This document shows, piece by piece, positions 17,987 through 27,900 of a stretch of DNA of 64,000 nt; the first letter of the stretch is position 1, and each line of letters begins with the position of its first letter. Made by a program: the position numbers and the translations under genes. Source of the stretch: Mycobacteriales bacterium (GTDB lineage Bacteria > Actinomycetota > Actinomycetes > Mycobacteriales > SCTD01); assembly GCA_038235705.1 (NCBI GenBank), contig JBBSTR010000003.1, positions 10,650-74,649 on the forward strand, in the 5' to 3' direction. The notes under the pieces are model-generated. The model had not been told where the DNA came from, ran no database searches, and saw only the letters and a program-made list of their open reading frames with translations.

Positions 17987-18982
17987 GTGCGGTCGATCTG
18001 GAAGGGCGCGATCAGCTTCGGGCTGGTCAGCATCCCCGTGAAGCTCTACAGCGCGACCGAGACCAAGGACGTCTCCTTCCACCAGGTGCGGCGCAGTGAC
18101 GCCTCCCGGATCAAGTACAAGCGGGTGGCCGCGGCCGACGGGCAGGAGGTGGCGTACGGCGAGATCGCCAAGGGCTACGAGCTGCCGAGCGGCGAGACCG
18201 TGGTGCTGACCGACGAGGACTTCAAGGACCTGCCCTTGACGACCAGCCGGGCGATCGACGTGCTGCAGTTCGTGCCGCTCGAGCAGGTCGACCCGATCTT
18301 CTTCGAGAAGAGTTATTACCTCGAGCCGGACAAGAGCGGGACCAAGCCGTACGTGCTGCTGCGCGACGCGCTCGAACGCTCCGGGAAGGTGGCGCTGGTG
18401 AAGGTCGCGCTGCGCAACCGGGAGTCGCTCGCCACGCTCCGGGTGCGGGACGGGGTGTTCGTGCTGGAGACGATGCTGTGGCCGGACGAGGTGCGCACCC
18501 CGACGTTCGACTTCCTCGGTGAGGAGGTCGAGACGCGCAGCCAGGAGCTGGCGATGGCCGGCTCGCTCATCGAGACCTTGTCCGGCGACTTCGACCCGAG
18601 CCTCTACAAGGACACCTACCGGGAGGCGCTGCAGCAGGTGATCGAGGCCAAGATCGAGGGCCGGGAGGTCACGGCGGCGCCGGACAGCCAACCCAGCTCG
18701 GGGACGGTGCTCGACCTGATGGCTGCGCTGCGGGCCAGCGTGGACGCGGCCAAGGCGAAGAGCGCGCCCGGCGGAGAGAGCACGGACGGGGCCGGGCAGA
18801 CCCCCCGGAACGGGCCGGCAGCCGCCACGCCGGTGAAGAAGGCGCCACCCAAGAAGACGGCGCCGAGGACGGCGACACCGAAGAAGACGACGACCAAGCC
18901 GGCCGCGACGAAGACGGCGACGAAAAGGGTTGCAGGCGAGGGGACACCGGCGAAGAAGACCTCGACCCGCAAGACTGCGTGA
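17987..18982 (+). CDS. ku: Ku (NHEJ DNA-end-binding protein) with Lys/Ala/Pro/Thr-rich basic C-terminal tail
   Basis: (V)RSIWKGAISFGLVSIPVKLYSAT is the canonical Ku N-terminus. GTG 17987 lies 6 nt after GGAGAAGAGG. The tail reads KKAPPKKTAPRTATPKKTTTKPAATK. Confidence 0.9.
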   Translation: MRSIWKGAISFGLVSIPVKLYSATETKDVSFHQVRRSDASRIKYKRVAAADGQEVAYGEIAKGYELPSGETVVLTDEDFKDLPLTTSRAIDVLQFVPLEQVDPIFFEKSYYLEPDKSGTKPYVLLRDALERSGKVALVKVALRNRESLATLRVRDGVFVLETMLWPDEVRTPTFDFLGEEVETRSQELAMAGSLIETLSGDFDPSLYKDTYREALQQVIEAKIEGREVTAAPDSQPSSGTVLDLMAALRASVDAAKAKSAPGGESTDGAGQTPRNGPAAATPVKKAPPKKTAPRTATPKKTTTKPAATKTATKRVAGEGTPAKKTSTRKTA

Positions 18983-19020
18983 GAGGGACAGCGACGCTGC
19001 TGGCGTCGATCATCCCCCGG

Positions 19021-19026
19021 TAAGGT
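19021..19026 (+). promoter_or_regulatory. -10-like TAAGGT, 6 nt upstream of GTG 19033
   Basis: TAAGGT-gcgccc-GTG. This could alternatively be a weak SD (AAGGTG). Confidence 0.25.
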
Positions 19027-19032
19027 GCGCCC

Positions 19033-21612
19033 GTGCCGCTGGAGCCGCCCGAGCCGACCCGAGGCGACGGGCTGCCCGGTGGAGCCGCCCGCCTGAGCGC
19101 GGTGCGACGGATCGTCGACGCGGTCGACCACGCCGCAGCGCTGGACCGGCTCACCCGGCTTGCGGCGCGCCTGCTCGCCGCGCCGCACGCACAGGTGTTG
19201 CTGCTGGGTGACGAGCAGGTGGTCGCCAGCCAGTTCGGTGAGGACACGGCGGCGGCCGCCGGCGAGGCGGTGGACGCCCTCTGTGCCCGCACGGTCCTGC
19301 TCGGTGAGCCGGTCGCGGTCCTGGACGTCGCCGCCGACGTCGGGCTGGGCTACCTGCCGCCGGACCTGCTCGGCCGGGTGGGCGCGTTCCTGGGTGCACC
19401 GCTGGTCGACCACGACGGTCTCGTGCTCGGGTGCCTGTGCGTGTTCACCCCCCGGCCGCGCGCCTTCGACCCGCAGGACGTGGTCGTGCTCGCCGAGATG
19501 GCCGAGTCGATCGTCGACGAGCTCGAGCTGCGCGCCCTGACCGGGGAGTCCGGCGCGACCGCGGCGCGCCTGGGGCTCGCGCTCTCGGCCGCGGCGATGG
19601 GCTCCTTCGACCTGGACCTCGACCGGCTGCGGCTCGTGCTCGACGACCGGCTGGCCCTGCTCGTCGGCCTCGCCGCGAACGAGCCCACCGGGCTGGCCGC
19701 CATGGCGACGGTGGTGCACCCGGAGGACCGGGCCCGGTTGATCCATGCCGTCGCGGCGTCGCGCACGCGCGCGGAGGAGCTCGCCGCGGAGTTCCGGCTG
19801 GTCCGGGCGGACGGATCCACCCGGTGGTGCGAGGCGCGCGGGAGGGTGCTGCCGCGGCGGAAGGGCCGCGGGCACCTGGTCGGGGTCGCGTACGACAGCA
19901 CCGACGCCCGCGAGGCCCGGGACTCCTTGGACCGGGTGCTGGAGACGACCGACGACGGTCTGTACCGGCTCGACGCCGCCTTGCGGTTCACCTACGTCAA
20001 CCGGGCGGCCGAGCGCATCCTCGGACGAAGCCGCACCGACCTGCTCGGGGTCGAGCTGCGGAGCGCCCTTCCCCACGGCGTCGGCTCGTCGTTCGCGGAG
20101 GCCGTGGACCGGTGCACGACCTCCGGTGAGCGGGTGGTGATCGATGCCTGGTCGCCGGCGGAAGACGCCTGGTACGACCTTGCGGCGTGGCCCGGCCCGG
20201 ACGGCGTCTCGGTGAGCCTGCGGGACATCACGGCGCGCAAGCGGGCCGAGGGCGAGCGCGAGCAGGCGGTCGTCGAACGCGCCCGTGCCTACGCCGTCGC
20301 GGAGGCGGCCAACAGCCGGTTGGCGCTGCTCGCCTCCGCATCCACCCGGCTGGCCGAGAGCCTCGAGCCGCGGCAGGTGCTCGACCGGCTGGCCGAGGTG
20401 GTCCTGCCCGAGCTGGGTCGGTGGCTTGTGGTGACCCTCACGGCCGAGATCGCTGCTCAGGTGAACCGCACGGAGCTGTCGGGTGATCCGGACGCCCTGG
20501 TGGCGGTGCACGTCGCGCACGCCGACCCCAGCCGCCGCGAGCTGCTGGTCGCCATGGCTCAGGGGCTGTCGATGCACCGGACGGACCACTACGGTCCGGG
20601 CCGCGTGATCACGTCCGGACGTCCCGAGTGGGCGCCTGCCGTGGCGGGCTCCGCGCTCCGAGGACTGCTCGGTGACCACAGTCCTCAGGGGCTTCTCGAC
20701 GACGCCCGGCTGACCGCGGCGCTCACGGTCCCGCTCGCCAACCACGGCCGGGTCCTCGGGGCGTTGACGGTCGCCGAGCCGGCGGGGGAGGTGATCGACC
20801 GCAGCCTGCTCCTGGACCTCGCGGGACGGGCCGCGGGCGCGCTGGACAACGCGCTGCTCTACGGCCGGGAGCGCCGGGGTGGCGTGACGCTGCAGCGCAG
20901 CCTGCTGCCACGGGAGCTGCCGAGACTGCCCGGGGTCACGACCGCCGCGCGCTACCTGCCCGGGGCGTCCGGCGCCTTCGTCGGGGGCGACTGGTTTCAG
21001 GGCGTTCTGGTCGAGGGCCGGGTCGTGCTCGCGATGGGGGACGTCATGGGCCACGGCCTGCGCAGCGCCGCGCGGATGGGCCAGCTGCGCGCCATCGTCG
21101 CGACGCTGGCCCTGGAGGGTCACCGTCCCGCCCGGCTCCTGACCCGGCTCGCTGCCAACGTGGACGTGCTGCTGGACCTGGAGCTGGCGACGCTCCTGGT
21201 CGCGGACTACGACCCGTCGGCAGGGATGCTCACGGTCGCCTCCGCGGGGCACCCTCCGGTGCTGCACGTCCCGTTTCACGGGGCGCCGCGCTTTCTGGAC
21301 GACGAGCCGGGCCCCCCGCTCGGGAGCATCCCCTATCGCTACGTCGAGCACGAGGTCGCCGTACACCCGGGCGACACGCTCGTGCTCTACACCGACGGAC
21401 TCGTGGAGCAGCGGGACGTCTCGCTCGACGCCGGTCTGGAACGACTGCGCTCCTGCTTCGAGAGGGTCGGCCTGCCCCCCGAACAGCTCTGCGACCACGT
21501 CCTGTCCGCGACGGGTCACGCCGAGGGTGGGGACGACGACATCGCGCTGCTCGTCGTCGGCCTCGACCGACCCGGACCAGGGCCGGACGTCGGCTCGTCG
21601 CGGACGAGGTGA
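19033..21612 (+). CDS. GAF-PAS-GAF sensor fused to a PP2C/SpoIIE-type protein phosphatase
   Basis: 859-aa ORF. The C-terminus has PP2C motifs (GGDWF, MGDVMGHG, LYTDGLVE). The upstream regions have a GAF/PAS-like look. Confidence 0.8.
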   Translation: MPLEPPEPTRGDGLPGGAARLSAVRRIVDAVDHAAALDRLTRLAARLLAAPHAQVLLLGDEQVVASQFGEDTAAAAGEAVDALCARTVLLGEPVAVLDVAADVGLGYLPPDLLGRVGAFLGAPLVDHDGLVLGCLCVFTPRPRAFDPQDVVVLAEMAESIVDELELRALTGESGATAARLGLALSAAAMGSFDLDLDRLRLVLDDRLALLVGLAANEPTGLAAMATVVHPEDRARLIHAVAASRTRAEELAAEFRLVRADGSTRWCEARGRVLPRRKGRGHLVGVAYDSTDAREARDSLDRVLETTDDGLYRLDAALRFTYVNRAAERILGRSRTDLLGVELRSALPHGVGSSFAEAVDRCTTSGERVVIDAWSPAEDAWYDLAAWPGPDGVSVSLRDITARKRAEGEREQAVVERARAYAVAEAANSRLALLASASTRLAESLEPRQVLDRLAEVVLPELGRWLVVTLTAEIAAQVNRTELSGDPDALVAVHVAHADPSRRELLVAMAQGLSMHRTDHYGPGRVITSGRPEWAPAVAGSALRGLLGDHSPQGLLDDARLTAALTVPLANHGRVLGALTVAEPAGEVIDRSLLLDLAGRAAGALDNALLYGRERRGGVTLQRSLLPRELPRLPGVTTAARYLPGASGAFVGGDWFQGVLVEGRVVLAMGDVMGHGLRSAARMGQLRAIVATLALEGHRPARLLTRLAANVDVLLDLELATLLVADYDPSAGMLTVASAGHPPVLHVPFHGAPRFLDDEPGPPLGSIPYRYVEHEVAVHPGDTLVLYTDGLVEQRDVSLDAGLERLRSCFERVGLPPEQLCDHVLSATGHAEGGDDDIALLVVGLDRPGPGPDVGSSRTR

Positions 21613-21707
21613 CGGGCCGACCGGTCTCGGGCAGGAAGTGACAGACTCGCGGGCGGCCCGGCCCGTCACCGCAGGACCGACGCGACCACGACCCGGAGGA
21701 TGTATCA

Positions 21708-22703
21708 GTGGAAGAGCAGACGCGCAGCCCCGTCAGCACCGGGAGCGGGGCAGTCTCCGAGCGGATGCAGGCTCTGCTGTCCCGGGCCGCAGAGGATCAG
21801 CTCGCGGAGCAGCGTGCCGTGTCCGCGTCGCTGAACGACCTGCGCAACCAGGTCGTGGAGGTCGCTGAGGCGGTGCGCGCCGGCGACTCGGCGGGAACGG
21901 TCGAGCAGCTGCGCGTCGAGCTGGCCGGCAACGCCTCGGAGGTCCGGCGGACGTACGCCCAGCTGAGCGAGCGGCTCGACACCCTGGCGCAGAGGGTCGA
22001 CGAGGTGGCCACCTCGGTGGCTCAGGGCGAGCGACGGATCCTGGCGCACGTCGACGAGGCCGTGCTGGCGCTCGCGGAGGCGCTGCTGCGTCGGCGTCGC
22101 CCGGGGCGTCCCGAGCCGGCGACGACGCCCGCCCCTGGAGCCGCCTCGGCGGAGCACTTCGCGGAGCCGGGCGGTCACGAGACCGTCTCCGTCCTCGCCA
22201 GGACGCTGCAGGGGAGCGGGTTGGGCACCGACGTCCTCGACATCGACGAGCTCGACCGGTCGATCGCCGCCGCAGAGGCAGAGGAGGCTGGTGACAGGCC
22301 GGGGACCGAGGACGGGGACGTCGCGCCGCAGGTGTACGACAACGACGCCGACGCCGAGGTGCCGACCGACGCCCCGGCGGGGTCCTCCGAGCTGTCGGAC
22401 GGTCCGGGGCAGACCGACGAGGGCGCGGTCGATCACCCGGAGCAGATCGACCGGGCCGGCGACTCCACGGGGCAACCGGGTGCTGACGACCAGGAGCAGG
22501 CCGCCGAGCCTGACGAGCCGCTAGGGCCCGCACCGGCTGTCAGCTCTGGCAGCAGAACCGGGGTCACCGGCGGCCACGCTCCACGCCGCGCCCGGAGCGC
22601 GGTCCCTCCGCTGCCGCCGGTGATGCCGGGCAGCGAGCAAGGGCACGACAGCGAAGAGGACGAGGACAGCCGTCGTCGTCCCTGGTGGCGTCCGGGCGGC
22701 TGA
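21708..22703 (+). CDS. Hypothetical protein: coiled-coil-like N-half, acidic disordered C-half
   Basis: GTG 21708 follows GGAGGA-N7. Good G/C third-position bias. No recognisable catalytic motif. Confidence 0.55.
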   Translation: MEEQTRSPVSTGSGAVSERMQALLSRAAEDQLAEQRAVSASLNDLRNQVVEVAEAVRAGDSAGTVEQLRVELAGNASEVRRTYAQLSERLDTLAQRVDEVATSVAQGERRILAHVDEAVLALAEALLRRRRPGRPEPATTPAPGAASAEHFAEPGGHETVSVLARTLQGSGLGTDVLDIDELDRSIAAAEAEEAGDRPGTEDGDVAPQVYDNDADAEVPTDAPAGSSELSDGPGQTDEGAVDHPEQIDRAGDSTGQPGADDQEQAAEPDEPLGPAPAVSSGSRTGVTGGHAPRRARSAVPPLPPVMPGSEQGHDSEEDEDSRRRPWWRPGG

Positions 22704-22723
22704 GCCGCCTCTGGGTGCACACG

Positions 22724-22755
22724 AAAAAGGCCGGTCCGCACGGACCGGCCTTCTT
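22724..22755. terminator. Bidirectional intrinsic terminator
   Basis: AAAAA-GGCCGGTCC-gcac-GGACCGGCC-TTCTT: a 9-bp GC stem flanked by an A-tract and a T-rich tract, between convergent genes. Confidence 0.75.
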
Positions 22756-22780
22756 CGTGCTCGTCGTGCTGGTGTCAGAC

Positions 22781-22951
22781 CTACTTGAAGACGTCCTTGA
22801 CGTTCTCGCCGGCCTGCTTGATGTTGCCGCTGGCCTGGTCGCCCTTGCCCTCGGCCTTCATGTCGTCGTTGCCCGTCGCGTCGCCGAACGTCTCCTTGGC
22901 CTTACCGCCGAGCTCCTCGGCCTTGTTCTTGATCTTGTCGATGCCGCTCAT
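22781..22951 (-). CDS. CsbD family stress protein (56 aa)
   Basis: MSGIDKIKNKAEELGGKAKETFGDATGNDDMKAEGKGDQASGNIKQAGENVKDVFK. GAGGAG SD before ATG 22951. The track ORF (to 23155) over-extends. Confidence 0.85.
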   Translation of the reverse strand: MSGIDKIKNKAEELGGKAKETFGDATGNDDMKAEGKGDQASGNIKQAGENVKDVFK

Positions 22952-23178
22952 GACGTCTCCTCGTCGTTGGTTGCTTCTCGACCTCTTGCCCCGTCGTGGC
23001 CTGACGACACCGTGCCGTGACGGACAGCACCGGCCCGACTGATCGGCTGGCAGACCTGGCTGCTCGGTCACGGGGCCGGCACCTGCCCCCGCAGTCGTGG
23101 CGGTTCCTCCGGAACGAGGGACCAGCGGCCCCTCGTACAACCTTGGAACTGTCAAACCGACACGAGGAGAGAACTGAC

Positions 23179-24360
23179 GTGAGCCTGCCCCCCCTGGTCG
23201 AGCCTGCCGCCGAGCTGACCCGCGACGAGGTGATCCGCTACAGCCGCCACCTGATCATCCCGGACGTGGCGATGACGGGCCAGAAGCGGCTCAAGAACGC
23301 TCGGGTGCTGGTCGTCGGGGCCGGCGGGCTCGGCTCGCCCGCGTTGCTCTACCTCGCGGCCGCCGGGGTGGGCACGCTCGGCATCGTCGACTTCGACACG
23401 GTCGACGAGAGCAACCTGCAGCGTCAGGTGATCCACGGGGTGAAGGACGTCGGCAAGCTCAAGGCCGTGTCGGCGCAGGAGTCGGTTGCCGAGATCAACC
23501 CGCTGGTGAAGACCGTGCTGCACACCGACCGCTTGGACACGTCCAACGTGCTGGAAGTCTTCTCCGGCTACGACCTGATCCTCGACGGCACCGACAACTT
23601 CGCGACCCGCTACATGGTCAACGACGCCTGTGTCTTGCTCGGCAAGCCCTACGTCTGGGGGTCGATCTACCGTTTCGACGGCCAGGCGTCGGTGTTCTGG
23701 GCGGACCCGCCGAGCAGTGCCGGGGTCGAGGGGCTGCACTACCGCGACCTCTACCCGGTGCCTCCGCCGCCCGGCATGGTGCCGTCGTGCGCCGAGGGCG
23801 GGGTGCTCGGCATCCTGTGCGCCTCGATCGGCTCGATCATGGCCACCGAGGCCGTCAAGCTGATCTGCGGCATCGGCGAGCCGCTGCTGGGGCGCCTGAT
23901 GGTCTATGACGCTCTCGAGATGACCTACCGCACGGTCAAGATCCGTCGGGACCCGGAGACCGCTCCGGTGACCGAGCTGATCGACTACGACTACTTCTGC
24001 GGCAGCGTGTCGGAGGAGGCGCAGGACGCGGCGGCGGGGAGCACCATCCTCGCCACCGAGCTGAAGGCCAAGATGGACGCGGGGGAGGACTTCGCGCTCA
24101 TCGACGTGCGGGAGCCCGCGGAGTACGAGATCGTGTCGATCCCGGGCTCACGCCTGATCCCGAAGGGCGACATCCTCTCGGGTGCCGCGCTCGCCGACCT
24201 CCCGCAGGACAAGGAGATCATCCTGTACTGCAAGAGCGGGGTTCGCTCTGCCGAGGCGCTCGCCGCTGTCAAGGCGGCCGGGCTCACCAACTCGGTGCAC
24301 GTGCAGGGCGGCGTGCTCGGCTGGGTGTCGCAGGTCGACCCGTCGCTGCCGTCGTACTGA
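23179..24360 (+). CDS. moeZ: MoeB/ThiF-type adenylyltransferase fused to rhodanese (MoeZ-like sulfur-carrier activating enzyme)
   Basis: RYSRHLIIPDV...VVGAGGLGSP E1 fold. C-terminal rhodanese with active site YCKSGVRS. GTG 23179 follows AGGAGA. Confidence 0.85.
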   Translation: MSLPPLVEPAAELTRDEVIRYSRHLIIPDVAMTGQKRLKNARVLVVGAGGLGSPALLYLAAAGVGTLGIVDFDTVDESNLQRQVIHGVKDVGKLKAVSAQESVAEINPLVKTVLHTDRLDTSNVLEVFSGYDLILDGTDNFATRYMVNDACVLLGKPYVWGSIYRFDGQASVFWADPPSSAGVEGLHYRDLYPVPPPPGMVPSCAEGGVLGILCASIGSIMATEAVKLICGIGEPLLGRLMVYDALEMTYRTVKIRRDPETAPVTELIDYDYFCGSVSEEAQDAAAGSTILATELKAKMDAGEDFALIDVREPAEYEIVSIPGSRLIPKGDILSGAALADLPQDKEIILYCKSGVRSAEALAAVKAAGLTNSVHVQGGVLGWVSQVDPSLPSY

Positions 24361-24366
24361 CGACCC

Positions 24367-24792
24367 CTAGCCGTTCGAGGACCGTCGCAGGCGGAACCAG
24401 GCCGTCTTGCCGCCGTCCGCGTGGACCAGATGGGCGGCGGCATCGGCAAGCGCGGAGACCAGACCGAGCCCCCAACCGCCTTCGCGCGAGCCGGGCGCCA
24501 GCTCGCTGAGACCGAGATCGAGGTCATGGACGGTCACCAGGACGTACCGATCGGTGACGGCGACCGCGAGGACGATCTCGGTCCGAGCGTGGATGACAGC
24601 GTTGGTGACCAGCTCGCTGGTGAGCAGGACCAGGGTGTCGCAGTCGTCGGGGGTCAGCGCGGGTGCGTGAGCCAGGACGAAGCGGCGCGCGTCGCGGACC
24701 TGCTTGTGCTCGGGAAGCAGCGTGACGGCGTCCTGGGACCGGATGGACTCTCCCGGCGGCAGCGCAGAGCGCAACACGTCGGAGCGGGTCAT
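24367..24792 (-). CDS. HATPase_c anti-sigma-factor-like Ser kinase (RsbW/SpoIIAB-like ATP-binding protein)
   Basis: ARRFVLAHAP...LLTSELVTNAVIHA...GGWGLGLV motifs. Start taken at ATG 24792. Confidence 0.7.
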   Translation of the reverse strand: MTRSDVLRSALPPGESIRSQDAVTLLPEHKQVRDARRFVLAHAPALTPDDCDTLVLLTSELVTNAVIHARTEIVLAVAVTDRYVLVTVHDLDLGLSELAPGSREGGWGLGLVSALADAAAHLVHADGGKTAWFRLRRSSNG

Positions 24793-24949
24793 GTTCGGCA
24801 CCGGGAAAGGGTCTCCTCGCCGGTCGCCCGGCCTGTCCTGCACGTCGTGTCAGCGTGTCCTTCGTCCCTTACCCCGGCGCCTCGACCGCCAGACCCCGTG
24901 GGCCCGGCGTCTTGCCCGTCCTGTCGTACCGCGCTGCTTGAGTGACCCG

Positions 24950-27900
24950 GTGACCACTTCTCGGCTCGTGCGCCCCCGACCTGACGGGCGCGGGGCCCCG
25001 CTGCTCGACGCGGGCCAGCGCCGGGTCGTCGATCACCCCGGGGGGCCGTTGCTCGTGCTGGCCGGCCCGGGCACGGGGAAGACGACGACGCTGGTCGAGA
25101 CCGTGGTGGAGCGGGTGCGCCGGGGGCTCGCACCTGAGCAGGTGCTCCTGCTGACGTTCAGCCGCGGGGCGGCGCACCAGCTGAGGGAAAGAGTGACCGC
25201 CCGGCTCGGTCGCACGACCCGCGGGCCGATCGCGATGACGATCCACGCCTACGCCTGGGCGCTGCTGCGCCGCGAGCAGGCGGGCCCGCCGGTCAGGCTC
25301 CTGACGGGCGCGGAGCAGGACCTGGAGATCGGCCGCCTGCTGCGCGGGGAGCTGGAGGACGGGGCGCACCGGTGGCCCGCCGACCTGCGTCCGGCGCTGG
25401 GGCTGACCGGGTTCCGGGCCGAGCTGCGCGACCTGCTGCTGCGAGCACAGGAACGTGGGCTCGGCGGCGCGGACCTGGCTTCGCTCGGGCGCCGGCTCGA
25501 CCTGCCCGCCTGGGTCGCCGCCGGCGGCTTCCTGGACGACTACGAGGCGCGGTTCGACCTGGACCCGCAGCACGAGGTCATCGACCAGGCGGGCCTCGTG
25601 GTTGCCGCTGCCGCCCTGCTGGAGCAGGACGGTCCCCTTCGTGAGCGAGAGCGGGCTGCTTACGGCGTGGTCCTGGTCGACGAATACCAGGACACCGACC
25701 CGGCCCAGGTCCGGCTCCTCCAGGCGCTGGCCGGTGACGGTCGTGACCTCGTCGCCGTGGGTGACCCGGACCAGAGCATCTACGGCTTCCGGGGAGCCGA
25801 CGTGCGGGGGATCCTCGAGTTTCACGAGCACTTCCCGCCTGGCCCCGGAGGCGGTTCTCCGACGACGGTCGAGCTGCGCACGTCCCGACGCGCCGGGACG
25901 GCGCTGCTCGCCGCGAGCCGGGCGGTCGCCGGCCGGCTCCCGGCCGGAGGGCTGGGCAGGGCCTTCCGCGACCTGGTGCCCGACCCGGCGTCCGTGCCCG
26001 GCGACGGCTCGGTGGAGGTGCTGCTGACCAGCTCCACCACGGCAGAGGCTGCCGTCGTCGCCGACGTGCTCCGTCGGGCGCACCTCGTCGACGGCCTGGC
26101 CTGGTCGGAGATGGCGGTCCTGCTGCGTTCCACCCCGCGGTCTTCGGCCGGGCTGCGCCGTGGGCTGCTCGCCGCCGGGGTGCCGGTCTCGGTCCCGGTC
26201 GAGGAGATGCCGCTGGCCGAGGAGCCCGTGGTCACGGCCCTGCTAGGACTGTTGTCGCTCGCCCTGGACCCGGGTTCGGCGACGGAGCAGGACGTGCTGG
26301 CGCTGATCACCGGGCCGCTGGTCGGCGCTGACGCGCTGGCCGTGCGACGGCTGCGTCGAGCCCTGCGGGAGGTGTCGTCCACGAGCCCGGACGTGCCGGA
26401 CGGCGCCCAGGGCGTCTCGGTGTCGCCGAAGGAGGTGTCCGGCGACCCGCCCGTCGGTGCTCGTGCTCCTGGACCCGCCGTGGGAACCGACGTCGAGCGC
26501 CTGTTGCTCGCCGCGGTGGCCGACCCGGCGGCCGCGCCGGGTGCCCGGGCCAGGCCGGCGCTGGCTCCGCTGCTGCGGCTGGCCGGTCTGCTGCAGGCGG
26601 CACGTGCGGTCGACGGCACGGCGGAGCAGGTGCTCTGGGCGGTCTGGCAGCGCAGCGGTCTGGCCGACCGCTGGGAGCAGGAGAGCCTTGCCGGCGGCCC
26701 CCGTGGTGCGAGAGCCGACCGTGCGATCGACGCGGTCGTGGCGTTGTTCGAGGCGGCGGAGCGGTTCGTGGACCGGCTGCCGCACCTGAGCGCCCTGCAG
26801 CTCGTGGCCGACGTCCGCGCGCAGCAGGTGCCGGGTGACGGGGGCAGCTCCCGCACACCGCAGAACGGCACCGTCAGGCTGCTGACCGCGCACGCGGCCA
26901 AGGGGCTCGAGTGGCGGCTGGTCGTGGTCGCCGGGGTGCAGGAGGGGGTCTGGCCGGACCTGCGGCTGCGTGGCTCGCTGCTCGCGACCGAGCGGCTCGA
27001 CGAGGCGCTGGAGGGGTCGCTGCAGGGGGCATGGTCGCCGGGCGGGGTCGACCGCCGCGCGGGGTTGCTGGTCGAGGAGCGACGGCTGTTCTACGTGGCC
27101 GTCACCCGCGCCCGCGAGCGGCTGGTCGTCACGGCCGTCGACGGCGGAGAGGGCGACGACGACCGCCCGAGCCGGTTCCTGGCCGAGCTCGGGGTGGACC
27201 TGCCTAGCGTCACGTCGGCGGTGTCCCGCCCGCTGACAGCCACCGGCATCCTCAGCGAGCTCAGGAGGGTCGCGGCCGACCACGAGGACGGCGCGCTGCG
27301 CGAGGCGGCCTGCCGACGCATCGCCCGCCTCGCTGCGGGGCGCGATGCTCCGGTTCACCCTGCGGCGCACCCGGACGCGTGGTGGGGCGTGACCGGGCTG
27401 TCCGACGACGCGCCGCTGGTGGCGCCCGGCGAGCTGGTCACGGTGTCGCCGTCGGCGGTGGAATCCTTCGACACCTGCTCGCTGAGGTGGTTCCTGCAGT
27501 CGGCGGTCGGGATCGCGCGAGACAGCGGTCCTGCGCAGGTCGTGGGGAGCGTGGTGCATGCGCTCTGCGAGCTGGCCAGCGGCCCTGACGCCCTGGACAC
27601 GACGCAGGTGACAGCCCGGCTCGACGATGTCTGGCCCCGGCTGGACCTCGGCGCCCCCTGGACGGCCCGCCGCCGTCGGCAGGAGGGCTTGAGCTACTTC
27701 GCCAAGTTCATCGCCTGGGCCGCCGCCAACCCCCGCGAGCTGGTCGGCACCGAGCTTGCGCTGTCGGTGCCGCTGGGGGACGACGTCGAGCTGCGCGGCC
27801 GGGTGGACCGGCTCGAGCGCGACGCCCAAGGGCGTGCCGTCGTCGTGGATCTCAAGACCGGAAGCAAGCCCAAGGACGAGGAGGTGGCCCGGCACGCCCA

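Noticed and set aside
18616-21669. 1017-aa ORF on the minus strand, the longest in this part of the track
   Set aside because: It is entirely antisense to the GAF-PAS-PP2C gene, which has clear motifs. Its translation is Arg/Gly/Pro/Ala-rich with no recognisable domain. This is the typical stop-free antisense frame of high-GC DNA.
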